From Candidatus Cloacimonadales bacterium (GTDB lineage: Bacteria > Cloacimonadota > Cloacimonadia > Cloacimonadales > DAONDQ01), in NCBI GenBank assembly GCA_963662275.1, contig OY759316.1:1216001-1280000 (forward strand): 64,000 nucleotides of DNA, in the 5' to 3' direction. Shown in pieces: positions 38,174 through 47,917 of the stretch. How positions within the stretch are numbered: position 1 is the stretch's first letter; every line of letters starts with the position of its first letter. The notes under the pieces are model-generated. The model was given only the letters and a program-made list of their open reading frames with translations, was not told the DNA's origin and ran no database searches. Position numbers and translations under genes: made by a program.

Positions 38174-38833
38174 TTATTGAGAATTTGTCATGATGTACTG
38201 AAGCATATTCACGCCCATTTGTAATGCCATATCACGTATTTCAGGCGGATCCTTATGTGTCCCCGGATCAGCCCAACCATCACTGATATTGGATTCGAAA
38301 GAATAGAAAACCATCAATCGTCCTGTATCGTCAAAAATTGCAAATGCCTGGGGACGTTTATCTTCATGTATATGAATCTTTGGAAGTCCTTTTGGGAAAT
38401 TATAAAAACAATGGAAGATTGGATGAGAAGCAGGAAGTTCCATGAGAATCTTCTCAGGGAATACACGTCTCATTTCACGACGGAAGGAATCATCCATACC
38501 ATAATCATCATCTGCATAAAGAAATCCTCCCCTTAAAAGGAAAGCTCTTAGTTGCTCGATTTCCCTGTTTGTGAACTTAACATTTCCATGTCCTGTCATG
38601 AATAAAAATGGATATTCGAATAATTTAGCATCAGTTGCTTTCACAATTGCCTGTTCCGAAGAAAAGTCAGTATGAAGTACATCATTGGAATACTTTACCA
38701 GGTTAGGCAGGATTTCCGGATCATTATACCAGTCACCACCGCCGTCATATTGCAGACGTGCCAGTTTTGTCTTTTCAATACTGAAAAGAGAAAATGAAGC
38801 AATTAAGATTAGGATTATCATCCATATTTTCAT
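38174..38833 (-). CDS. DUF4159 domain protein
   Basis: YDGGGDWY, YPFLFMTGHG, GGFLYADDDYG, GLPKIH.HE, ALQMGVN. Confidence 0.8.
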   Translation of the reverse strand: MKIWMIILILIASFSLFSIEKTKLARLQYDGGGDWYNDPEILPNLVKYSNDVLHTDFSSEQAIVKATDAKLFEYPFLFMTGHGNVKFTNREIEQLRAFLLRGGFLYADDDYGMDDSFRREMRRVFPEKILMELPASHPIFHCFYNFPKGLPKIHIHEDKRPQAFAIFDDTGRLMVFYSFESNISDGWADPGTHKDPPEIRDMALQMGVNMLQYIMTNSQ

Positions 38834-38941
38834 ATCTTGTTTCCTTGTAGCGAAGGATTATGACACCCTTAGGTTTGACAAGATAATTTTCTTTTTTTGT
38901 AATTCATATGAGTATTATACTGCAATTGGAAGGAACAATTA

Positions 38942-39457
38942 CTAATCATGCGTATTACTAATAACAAAAATGGTGAATAATACTGTTTGTATGATAGCTC
39001 CTGTTGTAGCTCCCTTATATGCAGCATATCTATTCAAAGAAGCAGATCTGTCTTCGTAGCCTTTCTTAAAATCATTTTTTACAAAACCTTCAGGATATCT
39101 TTCCGGTTGAGATATTCCAGCTATAAGTGGTGCGACAATAATACCACCGAAATTAAGTGATAATCCCATTACTAATCCTTTCTGAAATGCTCTGTGAGTG
39201 TTTGTTTGACTCCCTTCATAAAGACCTAATACATAGGACGAATTGTATTGCGCAGGTAAAAACATAGTATCAGAATTTAACGGTATAGAAGAAGGAATGG
39301 CATTTTTAGTATCAGCTTCAATTCCTTCCAGGCATGAAAAGAACAAAAAGCAAACCAGTGAGATTAGAATTATTAATTTAAGCGCTCTTTTCACTTCAAT
39401 TCTTCCGATACTTAATTCGTGTGATTTAATGCAGCGATTAATAATACTATCATGCAA
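38942..39457 (-). CDS. Hypothetical membrane protein (real start probably downstream, near VKRALK)
   Basis: 171-aa ORF with hydrophobic segments; overlaps the upstream ORF by 46 bp as called. Confidence 0.55.
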   Translation of the reverse strand: MHDSIINRCIKSHELSIGRIEVKRALKLIILISLVCFLFFSCLEGIEADTKNAIPSSIPLNSDTMFLPAQYNSSYVLGLYEGSQTNTHRAFQKGLVMGLSLNFGGIIVAPLIAGISQPERYPEGFVKNDFKKGYEDRSASLNRYAAYKGATTGAIIQTVLFTIFVISNTHD

Positions 39458-39894
39458 ATCTCACAGGACCACATATAATTCATAAAAAGACCTGGAACAC
39501 CAACACTGGCTTTTCTCTTAGAAACGGAAGCCGCTTTGAATCCACGAATATACTGATTAGAATCCAAGCCTTCTGGAATGGAATCAGGTGTAGCACCTTT
39601 GACACTAATATAAAGGATATGCGGTCCGATGACAGGTATATATGTCCCTAAAAGCAAGGTACCAATAATATACTCTACGTTTGTATCTCTTTTTTTCCAT
39701 CCATCATGATATCCTGCAAGTAATGAAGGGGAATAGGATTTTACAATCGAGGTTGAATCAGTTATGGCGTTATTTATATTGAATACTTGTTGAGTAGAAT
39801 CTGAGCTTGCTTCAGGAAGAGTCATATCAATGCATAATAAGGTACAAATGCTGGATAACAGAATAATTAGTATTAAGGAAGATATCTGATACAT
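39412..39894 (-). CDS. Hypothetical membrane protein
   Basis: AGGAG RBS, signal-like N-terminus, two further hydrophobic segments. Confidence 0.65.
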   Translation of the reverse strand: MYQISSLILIILLSSICTLLCIDMTLPEASSDSTQQVFNINNAITDSTSIVKSYSPSLLAGYHDGWKKRDTNVEYIIGTLLLGTYIPVIGPHILYISVKGATPDSIPEGLDSNQYIRGFKAASVSKRKASVGVPGLFMNYMWSCEICMIVLLIAALNHTN

Positions 39895-40057
39895 CGCAAC
39901 TCCTTATCACTAAGATAAAACGTAGATAGCCTAAGTCGGTCAAGAAAAATATAGCATGATTCGAGATTAAGAGATTATTAAGAAATAAATTGACCAAGCA
40001 AGTTCACTTCAAGTATCCGTACCTGAAACACAATTATCTACAATCAAAGGAAATGGT

Positions 40058-41005
40058 ATGATTCGCAAAAAAAAATGGAAAAAAGAGATTGAATCGTATG
40101 TAGGAATCATTTTTGGAAGTATCTTCTTTGCACTGGGATATTCTTGGTTTCTCATACCCTATAACATAGCACCTGGTGGTGTAGGGGGAATTGCCCAGAT
40201 CCTGCATTATTTCTTCCAATTACCGGTCGGTTTGACCATGATCATCCTGAATATTCCTCTTTTCGTGATCAGTTTCTTTCTGATCGGGAAATCTTTTGGA
40301 GGTAAATCTGTGTATGGTATGCTGGTCAGTTCTTTCCTTACAGATTTGCTTGGACCGGAATCATTATATAAATTAGGCTTTATTAAGGATTTGGCTAAAT
40401 ATACTTTCGTTGATGAACGTGGACATACAGTCATTGCAATGCTGGCACCTTCCGATATCTATCTGTCTGCCATAGCTGGTTCAGTACTTTTAGGATTGGG
40501 ATTGGGCATTATCTTCCGTTTCCGTGGTTCCACAGGCGGAACGGATATCCCTGTAGCACTTATCAAACAAAGAGCCGGTTTATCCATTGGAACAGGTTAC
40601 TGGATTGTGGAAACAGCGATTATCTTTGCCGTGGGACTGATGCTCCAGGATATGAAACTGATAATCTGGGGCTATATCAATCTCTTTATTTCTACAAAGA
40701 TCACCGATCTTGCCAGTGAAGGAATGCCTTACATAAAAGGTGTCTATATCATCTCTAACCATGTTGACCAGATACGTGATGAAATATATGAAAATATCAA
40801 TCGGGGAGTGACATTCCTGAAAGCTAAGACCGGTTCTGATGAAAAAGACATTGATGTCCTCTTCTGTGTTCTGAACCGGCGCCAGGTCCATGAATTAACG
40901 GAGATAGTGAAAGATATAGATCCTGATTCTTTTATGATCGTGACAGATGTATATGATGTTTTAGGCTATGGATTCAAGACCAGGCAGATAAACTTGAGTG
41001 GGTAA
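40058..41005 (+). CDS. YitT family membrane protein
   Basis: PGGVGGIA, LNIPLF, GSTGGTDI, RGVT, IDPDSF...V.G.GF. Confidence 0.9.
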   Translation: MIRKKKWKKEIESYVGIIFGSIFFALGYSWFLIPYNIAPGGVGGIAQILHYFFQLPVGLTMIILNIPLFVISFFLIGKSFGGKSVYGMLVSSFLTDLLGPESLYKLGFIKDLAKYTFVDERGHTVIAMLAPSDIYLSAIAGSVLLGLGLGIIFRFRGSTGGTDIPVALIKQRAGLSIGTGYWIVETAIIFAVGLMLQDMKLIIWGYINLFISTKITDLASEGMPYIKGVYIISNHVDQIRDEIYENINRGVTFLKAKTGSDEKDIDVLFCVLNRRQVHELTEIVKDIDPDSFMIVTDVYDVLGYGFKTRQINLSG

Positions 41006-41351
41006 GAGAACTAAAAATTATAAATTGCAGAACAGACGGTTCATTGAGTGATTTCGAGGTACGAGAAATCGTATAGAAATGTATCGGTGTAAGTTTAATG
41101 TTTGAAGATTAGAATTGTAGGGATTTATAGCAGGAAATCAGTATGGTTGCCCTCCCATTTGTAAAGGGAGGAGTTAGGGGAGAGCTAGTTCTGCAACATC
41201 CAAGTAGCTCATTCTACCCCCTCATGCAGAACAAGTGGCACTAAAAAGAGATAGTAGCCAGCTCCTAACCAGCACCTAACCAGCTCCTAAAGTATTTAGT
41301 TTTTGACTAGCTTCTGATTAGCTTGTAATTATTCTCATTTATGCTGCTCAT

Positions 41352-41480
41352 ATGAGGGCGGTTTATGGGGATATGATTCGCAAGGACGAGAATGAAAAGC
41401 AGGTTGCCAGTGGTTTGTATTTCTGCAGAATTAAAGCGGGAGAGAAGTCAGAAACTAAGAAGATGATACTGGTAAAATAG
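41352..41480 (+). pseudogene. Orphan fragment of a FlgD-Ig/T9SS-like C-terminal domain (42 aa)
   Basis: Manual translation: MRAVYGDMIRKDENEKQVASGLYFCRIKAGEKSETKKMILVK*, matching the tails of the ORFs at 20323, 23589 and 30895. Confidence 0.7.
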
Positions 41481-41706
41481 TAATGTCGGTTATGAACTTC
41501 CCTGAAAACAGGTTTTCGCTACCGATGATGAAAGGTCGGGTTTTATAGTCCGAATGCCCTTTTAGTCAGGTATTCAATGATAATTTGTTTAGGGCATTTG
41601 AACTCCAAACTCTCAGCTTTCATGTAAAGTCCATTTGCCCTTTTAATCTGGTTTTCAATGATAATTATTTTAGGGTAATTGAACTCCAAACCTAGTAAGA
41701 AAAGCC

Positions 41707-42339
41707 CTATTCAGTAAATTCATCTATCCTTGAAATCAATTCATTCATTTTTGTGAATGAGTACTTTTCTCTTTCCAGTCTTTCTTTACTATTAATCTGG
41801 ATGGAACGGGAGATAGCAGTAGAAGAATGTTGCTTTAACTGAGAAAATATTGTTCTAGTGAATTCTTTCTTTTTAGAGTAAGAAGGGATATACTCTTTTA
41901 TCTTAGGCTCTATCGATTCATAATTGGGGTGATATCGATCAGTATCTATAAAATGAAGTAGAAACCAGAATTCAATACAGGGCATTGATTCAATAAAAAA
42001 GAGAGGAATTGCTTTTTTGGCAGCTCGTTTTTGTAACATTGATTTCTTTGAATCATATCTGTCCATCTGATTCTGTGATAGGATAGTATCCATATCAATG
42101 ACACAAAATACTGTTATCACGTTCGAATTAGATGAATCATCCAGGATTCTTTCGACCATATCTAGCAAACCATTCCATCCCGTCTTTCTCGGTAATTCGG
42201 GCTGAATCTTTATTCGTTTCTCCTTAAATCTATCCACTCGCATGCTTGAAAGATAGTTCTGTTCCGTTTCTCCCTCACAGATAATTCTAATGCTTTTCTT
42301 TAATGCCCGGGTAGGATTAGTCTTTCTTTGATTTCTCAT
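41707..42339 (-). CDS. RloB family protein
   Basis: IICEGETEQNYL, FCVIDMD, SMPCIEFWFLLHF; overlaps the upstream ATPase. Confidence 0.88.
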   Translation of the reverse strand: MRNQRKTNPTRALKKSIRIICEGETEQNYLSSMRVDRFKEKRIKIQPELPRKTGWNGLLDMVERILDDSSNSNVITVFCVIDMDTILSQNQMDRYDSKKSMLQKRAAKKAIPLFFIESMPCIEFWFLLHFIDTDRYHPNYESIEPKIKEYIPSYSKKKEFTRTIFSQLKQHSSTAISRSIQINSKERLEREKYSFTKMNELISRIDEFTE

Positions 42340-43615
42340 TGTCAGTATCCATAACAGGACTGCCTAAATTTGGAATACCACCTAAAGCTCCTTTCCGATA
42401 TAATCTGTCAATTGCATGTTCTTTGCGAACAGGAAATTCTGACACAGAAGCTAGTTCTGTACTTCCATCATTTTTACGGCTGGTTATCCATATAGCATCT
42501 CTTCTTATAATTTCTCTCTCATTTAAGAGTTCTGTGTTTTGTGAGGTAAATATCAATTGGCTATTTCGCGAGTTCAATAAAAAAGTAAGTAAAAAATGTA
42601 TCAATAAATCAATATGCAGTGAATTTTCGATTTCATCAATTAAAATGCAATGCTCTTCCTTTACTAATTCATAAAGAAGTGCAATAAAACCAAAATAACG
42701 TTGTGTTCCAAGTGATTCAGATAAATAATCTATCTGATACATATCTCTGATTGAATTGCCATGAATGAAATGCACCTTAAATTTATATAAATTATCAATA
42801 TAATCTTCAAAAACAGGAGATAACATGGCTAATTCTTCTTTTATGTAGGTTTTTTCAAGGTCATTATCCAAATTGATATTTTGGATATTGAAATCAGCAG
42901 TCTGTAACTGATCAATCAGGAAATGAGCTTGGTTTGAATTATCTTTAAAGAACTTCTCTATTGTTTTTGTTAATAAATCAGAAGAAGGTGTAACTAATGA
43001 TTGCATGTAATCAAGAAACCAGTTCTGGGCTTCTTGAATAGGTCCATTATAATTAATTGCGGATATTCTGTTCAAAATAAGCTGATTTTGAACAGAAACT
43101 TCTAGATCTTTTTGTTGAGCCTTATTGAGGTTAGCCCCTTTCCAGAAAAATTGATATGAGTATTCATTTGGAACTGTTTGATCATCAAAGAGAGATTGTC
43201 TCGAGAATACTAAAGCTTTAGTTCCCTTGGGATAATGGTATAAAGTTTCTTTATAAATGCATTTTCTGGATATTTCTAACCTATATTCATAAGTTATGAA
43301 ATTATGGTAAAAACAGATTTCAATTATTGTATGCTTTGTATTATCTTGGGCAAAAGGGTAAACAGGTATCTTTTTATTTTTATTTCGAGATTCAGTAACA
43401 ACCATATCTCTCAAAAAATCAATAGCTTTTAAGAGATTTGTTTTTCCTGATGCATTTGTGCCATATATCATAGCCATTTTCAAAATACGCATTTTAGGCT
43501 TTTCGATATTAACACAATAATATTCTTCCAAAGTTTTATCTGTGGTTGCGCGGAAATCCAAAGTTATTTTCTCTCTAATGGAAAGGAAGTTCTCCACACT
43601 GAAATATATAATCAT
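42317..43615 (-). CDS. RloA-like AAA/ABC ATPase (AAA_21)
   Basis: FSVENFLSI, YGTNASGKTN, ESLGTQR, IDEIENSLH, QLIFTSQ, Y.KG.LGG.P; start set at ATG 43615. Confidence 0.88.
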   Translation of the reverse strand: MIIYFSVENFLSIREKITLDFRATTDKTLEEYYCVNIEKPKMRILKMAMIYGTNASGKTNLLKAIDFLRDMVVTESRNKNKKIPVYPFAQDNTKHTIIEICFYHNFITYEYRLEISRKCIYKETLYHYPKGTKALVFSRQSLFDDQTVPNEYSYQFFWKGANLNKAQQKDLEVSVQNQLILNRISAINYNGPIQEAQNWFLDYMQSLVTPSSDLLTKTIEKFFKDNSNQAHFLIDQLQTADFNIQNINLDNDLEKTYIKEELAMLSPVFEDYIDNLYKFKVHFIHGNSIRDMYQIDYLSESLGTQRYFGFIALLYELVKEEHCILIDEIENSLHIDLLIHFLLTFLLNSRNSQLIFTSQNTELLNEREIIRRDAIWITSRKNDGSTELASVSEFPVRKEHAIDRLYRKGALGGIPNLGSPVMDTDNEKSKKD

Positions 43616-43754
43616 AGTATCACCCACCTTGTCATGAAATACAGGCAATCTGCATAAAATTGAAAATATATAAATATAAATTGTGTGTCAAGCTAAAATA
43701 TGCAGGAAAAGTGCAAATAATGAGAATTTATTGAATTGATCTGTGTTTTTATAA

Positions 43755-44525
43755 CTAATCTATAGAATCAATTGATTCCAAATATTCCAACGCTTTCTTT
43801 ATTTCTTGAGGATTGATTTCCAGGGTATAGGTCAGGTCTATTTTTGTTGAAAGAACCGGAAGTATAGCTGGGAAATCAATTTTCCCTTTTCCCGGAATCA
43901 AGTGGATATCCTCATGGAAAAGATTATCACTGAGGTGAATATGCCGGATCTTGTCTTTCATTGTATCCCACCAGACTTGGAAGGGAATATTTGAAAAACA
44001 ATGAATATGAGCCACATCCAAACACATCCAAACATACTCTGAATGAATATCAGCCAACAGTTTTTGGAAGAAGGATGGTTCTTTTTCCCATGTGTTTTCC
44101 AAGAGCAATTCTATCTTGTTTTTTTCAATTATCGGCATCAATTCAGATAAAGAATCCTTGAAATAGTTCAGACAGAGCTTCCGTGTGAATTCCGTATGCA
44201 ATGGTAAAATAGCTACATGTAGCACAGCACGCTTAATTCCGCAATCTATGGCAATTTTCAATCCCTCTCTTACGATATCTGTGGCAAGAGTACGAATCCA
44301 TTTATCATTTGAACCAAGATCAAGACCTACGAAGGGGAGATGTGCCACAATAGGAACAGGACCCCGGTTCATCAGTTTTCTGAAATCATCAATAAAATGC
44401 GGATTATGATAGAATTTCTCTGAATCTATGAAAGCAGCTTCGATTCCAATATGATGCTGAACTGCTAACTCTGGCTTGTATTTTTCGAAGGGGATTCGCA
44501 TGAGAATTTGGTTACGTTTAATCAT
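43755..44525 (-). CDS. Sugar phosphate isomerase/epimerase / AP endonuclease 2 TIM-barrel protein
   Basis: AHLPF, LLLENT, CLDVAH, HIHLSDN, D.HL.PG.G.IDF, TLEI. Confidence 0.85.
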   Translation of the reverse strand: MIKRNQILMRIPFEKYKPELAVQHHIGIEAAFIDSEKFYHNPHFIDDFRKLMNRGPVPIVAHLPFVGLDLGSNDKWIRTLATDIVREGLKIAIDCGIKRAVLHVAILPLHTEFTRKLCLNYFKDSLSELMPIIEKNKIELLLENTWEKEPSFFQKLLADIHSEYVWMCLDVAHIHCFSNIPFQVWWDTMKDKIRHIHLSDNLFHEDIHLIPGKGKIDFPAILPVLSTKIDLTYTLEINPQEIKKALEYLESIDSID

Positions 44526-45633
44526 TTGGATATATCGCCTTTTGAAATAAATGATAAATACTGATGAGAATTAATTGGTTATTCACATGCTGTTCCACCC
44601 GAAAATGCATTTTCTCCATTTTTTCGAGTAATGAAGGCAATTCTTCATGCAAAGAAGGGTTGGATTGATAGCACATTTCCAAAAGAGATATAATGTCCAC
44701 ATTAATAATGTGTTCAGGTGCGTCATGCAGGAAAGCCAAGTCTCCGACCAGGATGATAAACAGTTCAATAATCTCTGTATAAAATGATGGTCCTCTACTG
44801 ACTTTTCGATCATTGAGGAACTCCAGGAATTTTAAGTCATTTCTTGCCAGGATTGTGTTTAGGAAGGTAATCAAATATGCACGTGCTTCCAATTTTCCAC
44901 TTTCACTTAATCGCAATGCCTGCTTCAAATTACCATTGGAAATTCGAGCGATGGTTTTAGCCGCCACCTTATCCACTAGCATCTTTTCTTCCAGTATATC
45001 TTCAATGATCTTACTGGCTAATGCCTTGAATCTTAAATGCTGGCAACGTGATAATACCGTCGGTAAAAGCAGGGAAGGTTGAACCGTAGTTAAAATAATC
45101 ACCGTTTGTTGCGGAGGTTCTTCCAGTGTTTTTAAAAAAGCATTGGCTGTTTTTGTATTCATGAATTCAGCTTTCTCTATGATACAAATACGATATTTAG
45201 CTTCATTCAAAGACATGCTCATACGGTATTGAAGATGATGAATGCTATCCAGTCGGATTTCGGCATTTGTGGAAAAAAAGAATTCTTTCCAAGGTGTTTC
45301 TATCTTATTTTTGAAATACAATTCGTATTCGGAGATATACTTCGAGACTTGGATATCTCCTTCCTTGCTAAAATTCATATTAGGTGTTGGAAATGCATAG
45401 ATAAAGTCAGGATGACTGAATTGCAGAAATTTTTTACAGGAATTACATACACCACAAGGTTTTTCCTTGTCTTCGCTTAAGCAATTCAATGCCATACCAA
45501 AATATAGAGCGGTAGTGAATTTACCTACACCTTCCGGTCCATAAAATAAGTATGCCTGTCCTACCTTACCCGAATGAATAGCATGATTCAGGACTGAAAT
45601 AGCCTGCTCCTGACCCAGGATGTTTCTTAGCAT
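44518..45633 (-). CDS. holB: DNA polymerase III subunit delta'
   Basis: AYLFYGPEGVGK, zinc CGVCNSC, HPD, ANAFLKTLEEPP, LLPTVLSRC. Confidence 0.9.
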   Translation of the reverse strand: MLRNILGQEQAISVLNHAIHSGKVGQAYLFYGPEGVGKFTTALYFGMALNCLSEDKEKPCGVCNSCKKFLQFSHPDFIYAFPTPNMNFSKEGDIQVSKYISEYELYFKNKIETPWKEFFFSTNAEIRLDSIHHLQYRMSMSLNEAKYRICIIEKAEFMNTKTANAFLKTLEEPPQQTVIILTTVQPSLLLPTVLSRCQHLRFKALASKIIEDILEEKMLVDKVAAKTIARISNGNLKQALRLSESGKLEARAYLITFLNTILARNDLKFLEFLNDRKVSRGPSFYTEIIELFIILVGDLAFLHDAPEHIINVDIISLLEMCYQSNPSLHEELPSLLEKMEKMHFRVEQHVNNQLILISIYHLFQKAIYPND

Positions 45634-45634
45634 T

Positions 45635-46240
45635 CTAGATGATGGAAAGCTTACTAATGTGATCGTCAGCTAAGGCTTTATCCAAGATGGTTTTGATATA
45701 CGAATCCGTGAATTCTTCTGCAAGGATATCAAAGATCAATTCATCGTGGTATTGACCGGCGACAAAGTAACTGTTTCTCCGTGTACCCACTTGCTTAAAT
45801 CCGCATTTTTCATAGCATCTGATCGCCCGTTTATTGAATGCGACAACATGCAGAGATATGTTATTCAGGTTCAAGATATGAAAACCGAAATCCAAAACCA
45901 GTTTCACAGCTTCCGTTCCGAACCCTGCATTCCAATAATTGCGATCCCCGATAAAGATACCAAAGGTAGCTTTACGATTGATGGCATCAATACTGAATAG
46001 CCCGGTACCTCCAATAGGTTTGCCTGTTTCCTTATCGACAATGGCAAAATTATAACTGTTACCTGTGGCGTATTGATGAAGAATATCGCGTTCCTTCTCC
46101 ATACTGTACACATTGGAGAGAATATCCATACTGATGCATATCTCAGGATCATTGACCCATTCTGCAAAACGTTCATAATCTTCGGGATTGTGCGGAGATA
46201 GGAAGACCCTTTCTCCAGTTAGTTTTTTAAAGTATTTCAT
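45635..46240 (-). CDS. GNAT family N-acetyltransferase (RimJ/RimL type)
   Basis: GIFIGD..YWNAGFGTEA, FNKRAIRCYEKCGF..VG. Confidence 0.88.
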   Translation of the reverse strand: MKYFKKLTGERVFLSPHNPEDYERFAEWVNDPEICISMDILSNVYSMEKERDILHQYATGNSYNFAIVDKETGKPIGGTGLFSIDAINRKATFGIFIGDRNYWNAGFGTEAVKLVLDFGFHILNLNNISLHVVAFNKRAIRCYEKCGFKQVGTRRNSYFVAGQYHDELIFDILAEEFTDSYIKTILDKALADDHISKLSII

Positions 46241-46251
46241 ATTTGCCTCTT

Positions 46252-47682
46252 CTATTTCATTATTGCTTGAAATCGTTTTATGGTTTCTTCAGTGCCCAAG
46301 ATATCTAACGCAGTTGGAATATCGGGACCGGATGTCTCACCCCATAAGGCGAGATTGAGTGGCTGGTAATATTGTTTTCCTTTGATCTCCAATTCTTCAA
46401 TTCCTTTGGAGACTAGTTCAGCTAGTTCATCTTTTGTCCAATTGTATTTTATCCTAAGTCGATCACAAAAATAACTTAGCACTTTTTGGCTTGATGCTGA
46501 AGTCAGAAAATCCTTATCTGTTTCCTTGATTTTGGGAAAGATGTAAAATTTAGCAGCATAATCCGTGATCAATGATAGAATGGAAACATAATTGCGTGAT
46601 TTATCGACAACTTTCAGATACTTTCCGTGGTCACTGATATCAAAACCAGCTTCCAAAAAGTAAGTTCTTGAACAATCAGCTATATATTCTAAAGGCAGAC
46701 TGCGAATATATTGACCATTCATCCAATCCAACTTGGTCACATCGAAAATAGCCCCTGCTTTATTTACATGTGCGAAATCAAATTCTGAGATCATTTCTTC
46801 AAGAGAGAAGATTTCCTTATCACCGGCAGGATGCCATCCTAACAAGGCGACAAAATTAATAATAGCTTCCTTGAGATATCCTTTGCTTAGATAGCTTTCT
46901 ACAGCGACATCACCTTGGCGCTTGCTCATCTTGGAACGATCAGTTCCCAATAGCAATGGCAGATGTACCCAGTGGGGGGGTGTCCAACCAAGGCTTTCAT
47001 GCAGGAATATATGTTTTGGTGTGCTGGAAAGCCATTCTTCACCGCGTATGACGTCAGTGATTTCCATGTAATGATCATCAACAACTGCTGCGAGGTGATA
47101 GGTTGGAAAACCGTCAGATTTGATGATAACCTGGTCGTCGATTAAATCCGATTCAATATCCACCCTTCCCCGAATGATATCATCAAATACAAAACTTTGG
47201 TGTTTGGGAACTTTCATGCGGATTACATGCGGTTCACCATTTAAAAGACGCGCTGTTACTTCATCTTTTGATAAACGGGAACAGCGACCGTCATATTTCA
47301 TGTTGTTGTGTGTTCCTACCTGTTCTTCTCGCATTTGATCAAGGGTTTCCTTGGAACAAAAACAATGATAGGCATGTCCTTTCTCAATTAGCTCCAATGC
47401 ATGTTTCATATATAATGGTAATCGTTGTGACTGAAAGTAGGGACCGAATCCGCCATCTTTATGAGGACCTTCATCATAATCAATTCCTAAAGTGGCAAGA
47501 GAGGTGATGAGATTATCTACAGAATCTTCAACTAAACGGGTTTGATCTGTATCTTCAATGCGTAGAACGAAGGTTCCGCCCATCTTACGAGCATAAACAT
47601 AATCATATAGCGCAGTTCTCAGGCTTCCTAAATGCAGATATCCTGTCGGACTAGGGGCAAAACGTACCCTGATTTTTGACAT
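46252..47682 (-). CDS. gltX: Glutamate--tRNA ligase
   Basis: RVRFAPSPTGYLHLG (HIGH-like), LRIEDTD, VIRGEEW, KMSKR. Confidence 0.97.
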   Translation of the reverse strand: MSKIRVRFAPSPTGYLHLGSLRTALYDYVYARKMGGTFVLRIEDTDQTRLVEDSVDNLITSLATLGIDYDEGPHKDGGFGPYFQSQRLPLYMKHALELIEKGHAYHCFCSKETLDQMREEQVGTHNNMKYDGRCSRLSKDEVTARLLNGEPHVIRMKVPKHQSFVFDDIIRGRVDIESDLIDDQVIIKSDGFPTYHLAAVVDDHYMEITDVIRGEEWLSSTPKHIFLHESLGWTPPHWVHLPLLLGTDRSKMSKRQGDVAVESYLSKGYLKEAIINFVALLGWHPAGDKEIFSLEEMISEFDFAHVNKAGAIFDVTKLDWMNGQYIRSLPLEYIADCSRTYFLEAGFDISDHGKYLKVVDKSRNYVSILSLITDYAAKFYIFPKIKETDKDFLTSASSQKVLSYFCDRLRIKYNWTKDELAELVSKGIEELEIKGKQYYQPLNLALWGETSGPDIPTALDILGTEETIKRFQAIMK

Positions 47683-47747
47683 CCTGACTCCTGGTGAGTT
47701 TTATTTCAATATTCGATTTGATAATGAATATGTCAATGAATAAGGTG

Positions 47748-47789
47748 ACAGGGTACAGGGTATAGGGTACAGGGGACAGGGTACAGGTG
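47748..47789. repeat. Heptamer array (ACAGGGT)n, 6 units
   Basis: acagggt acagggt atagggt acagggg acagggt acaggtg. Confidence 0.9.
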
Positions 47790-47917
47790 TTTTCGTGTGA
47801 GAAATAGTATAGAGTTGCATCGCGATTAATTATCTGGAATGGGGTGGAATAAATATTGACAATGAGTATAGGAAATACAATATATAATTATATGCAATAT
47901 GAAACAGGTGGTATCTT

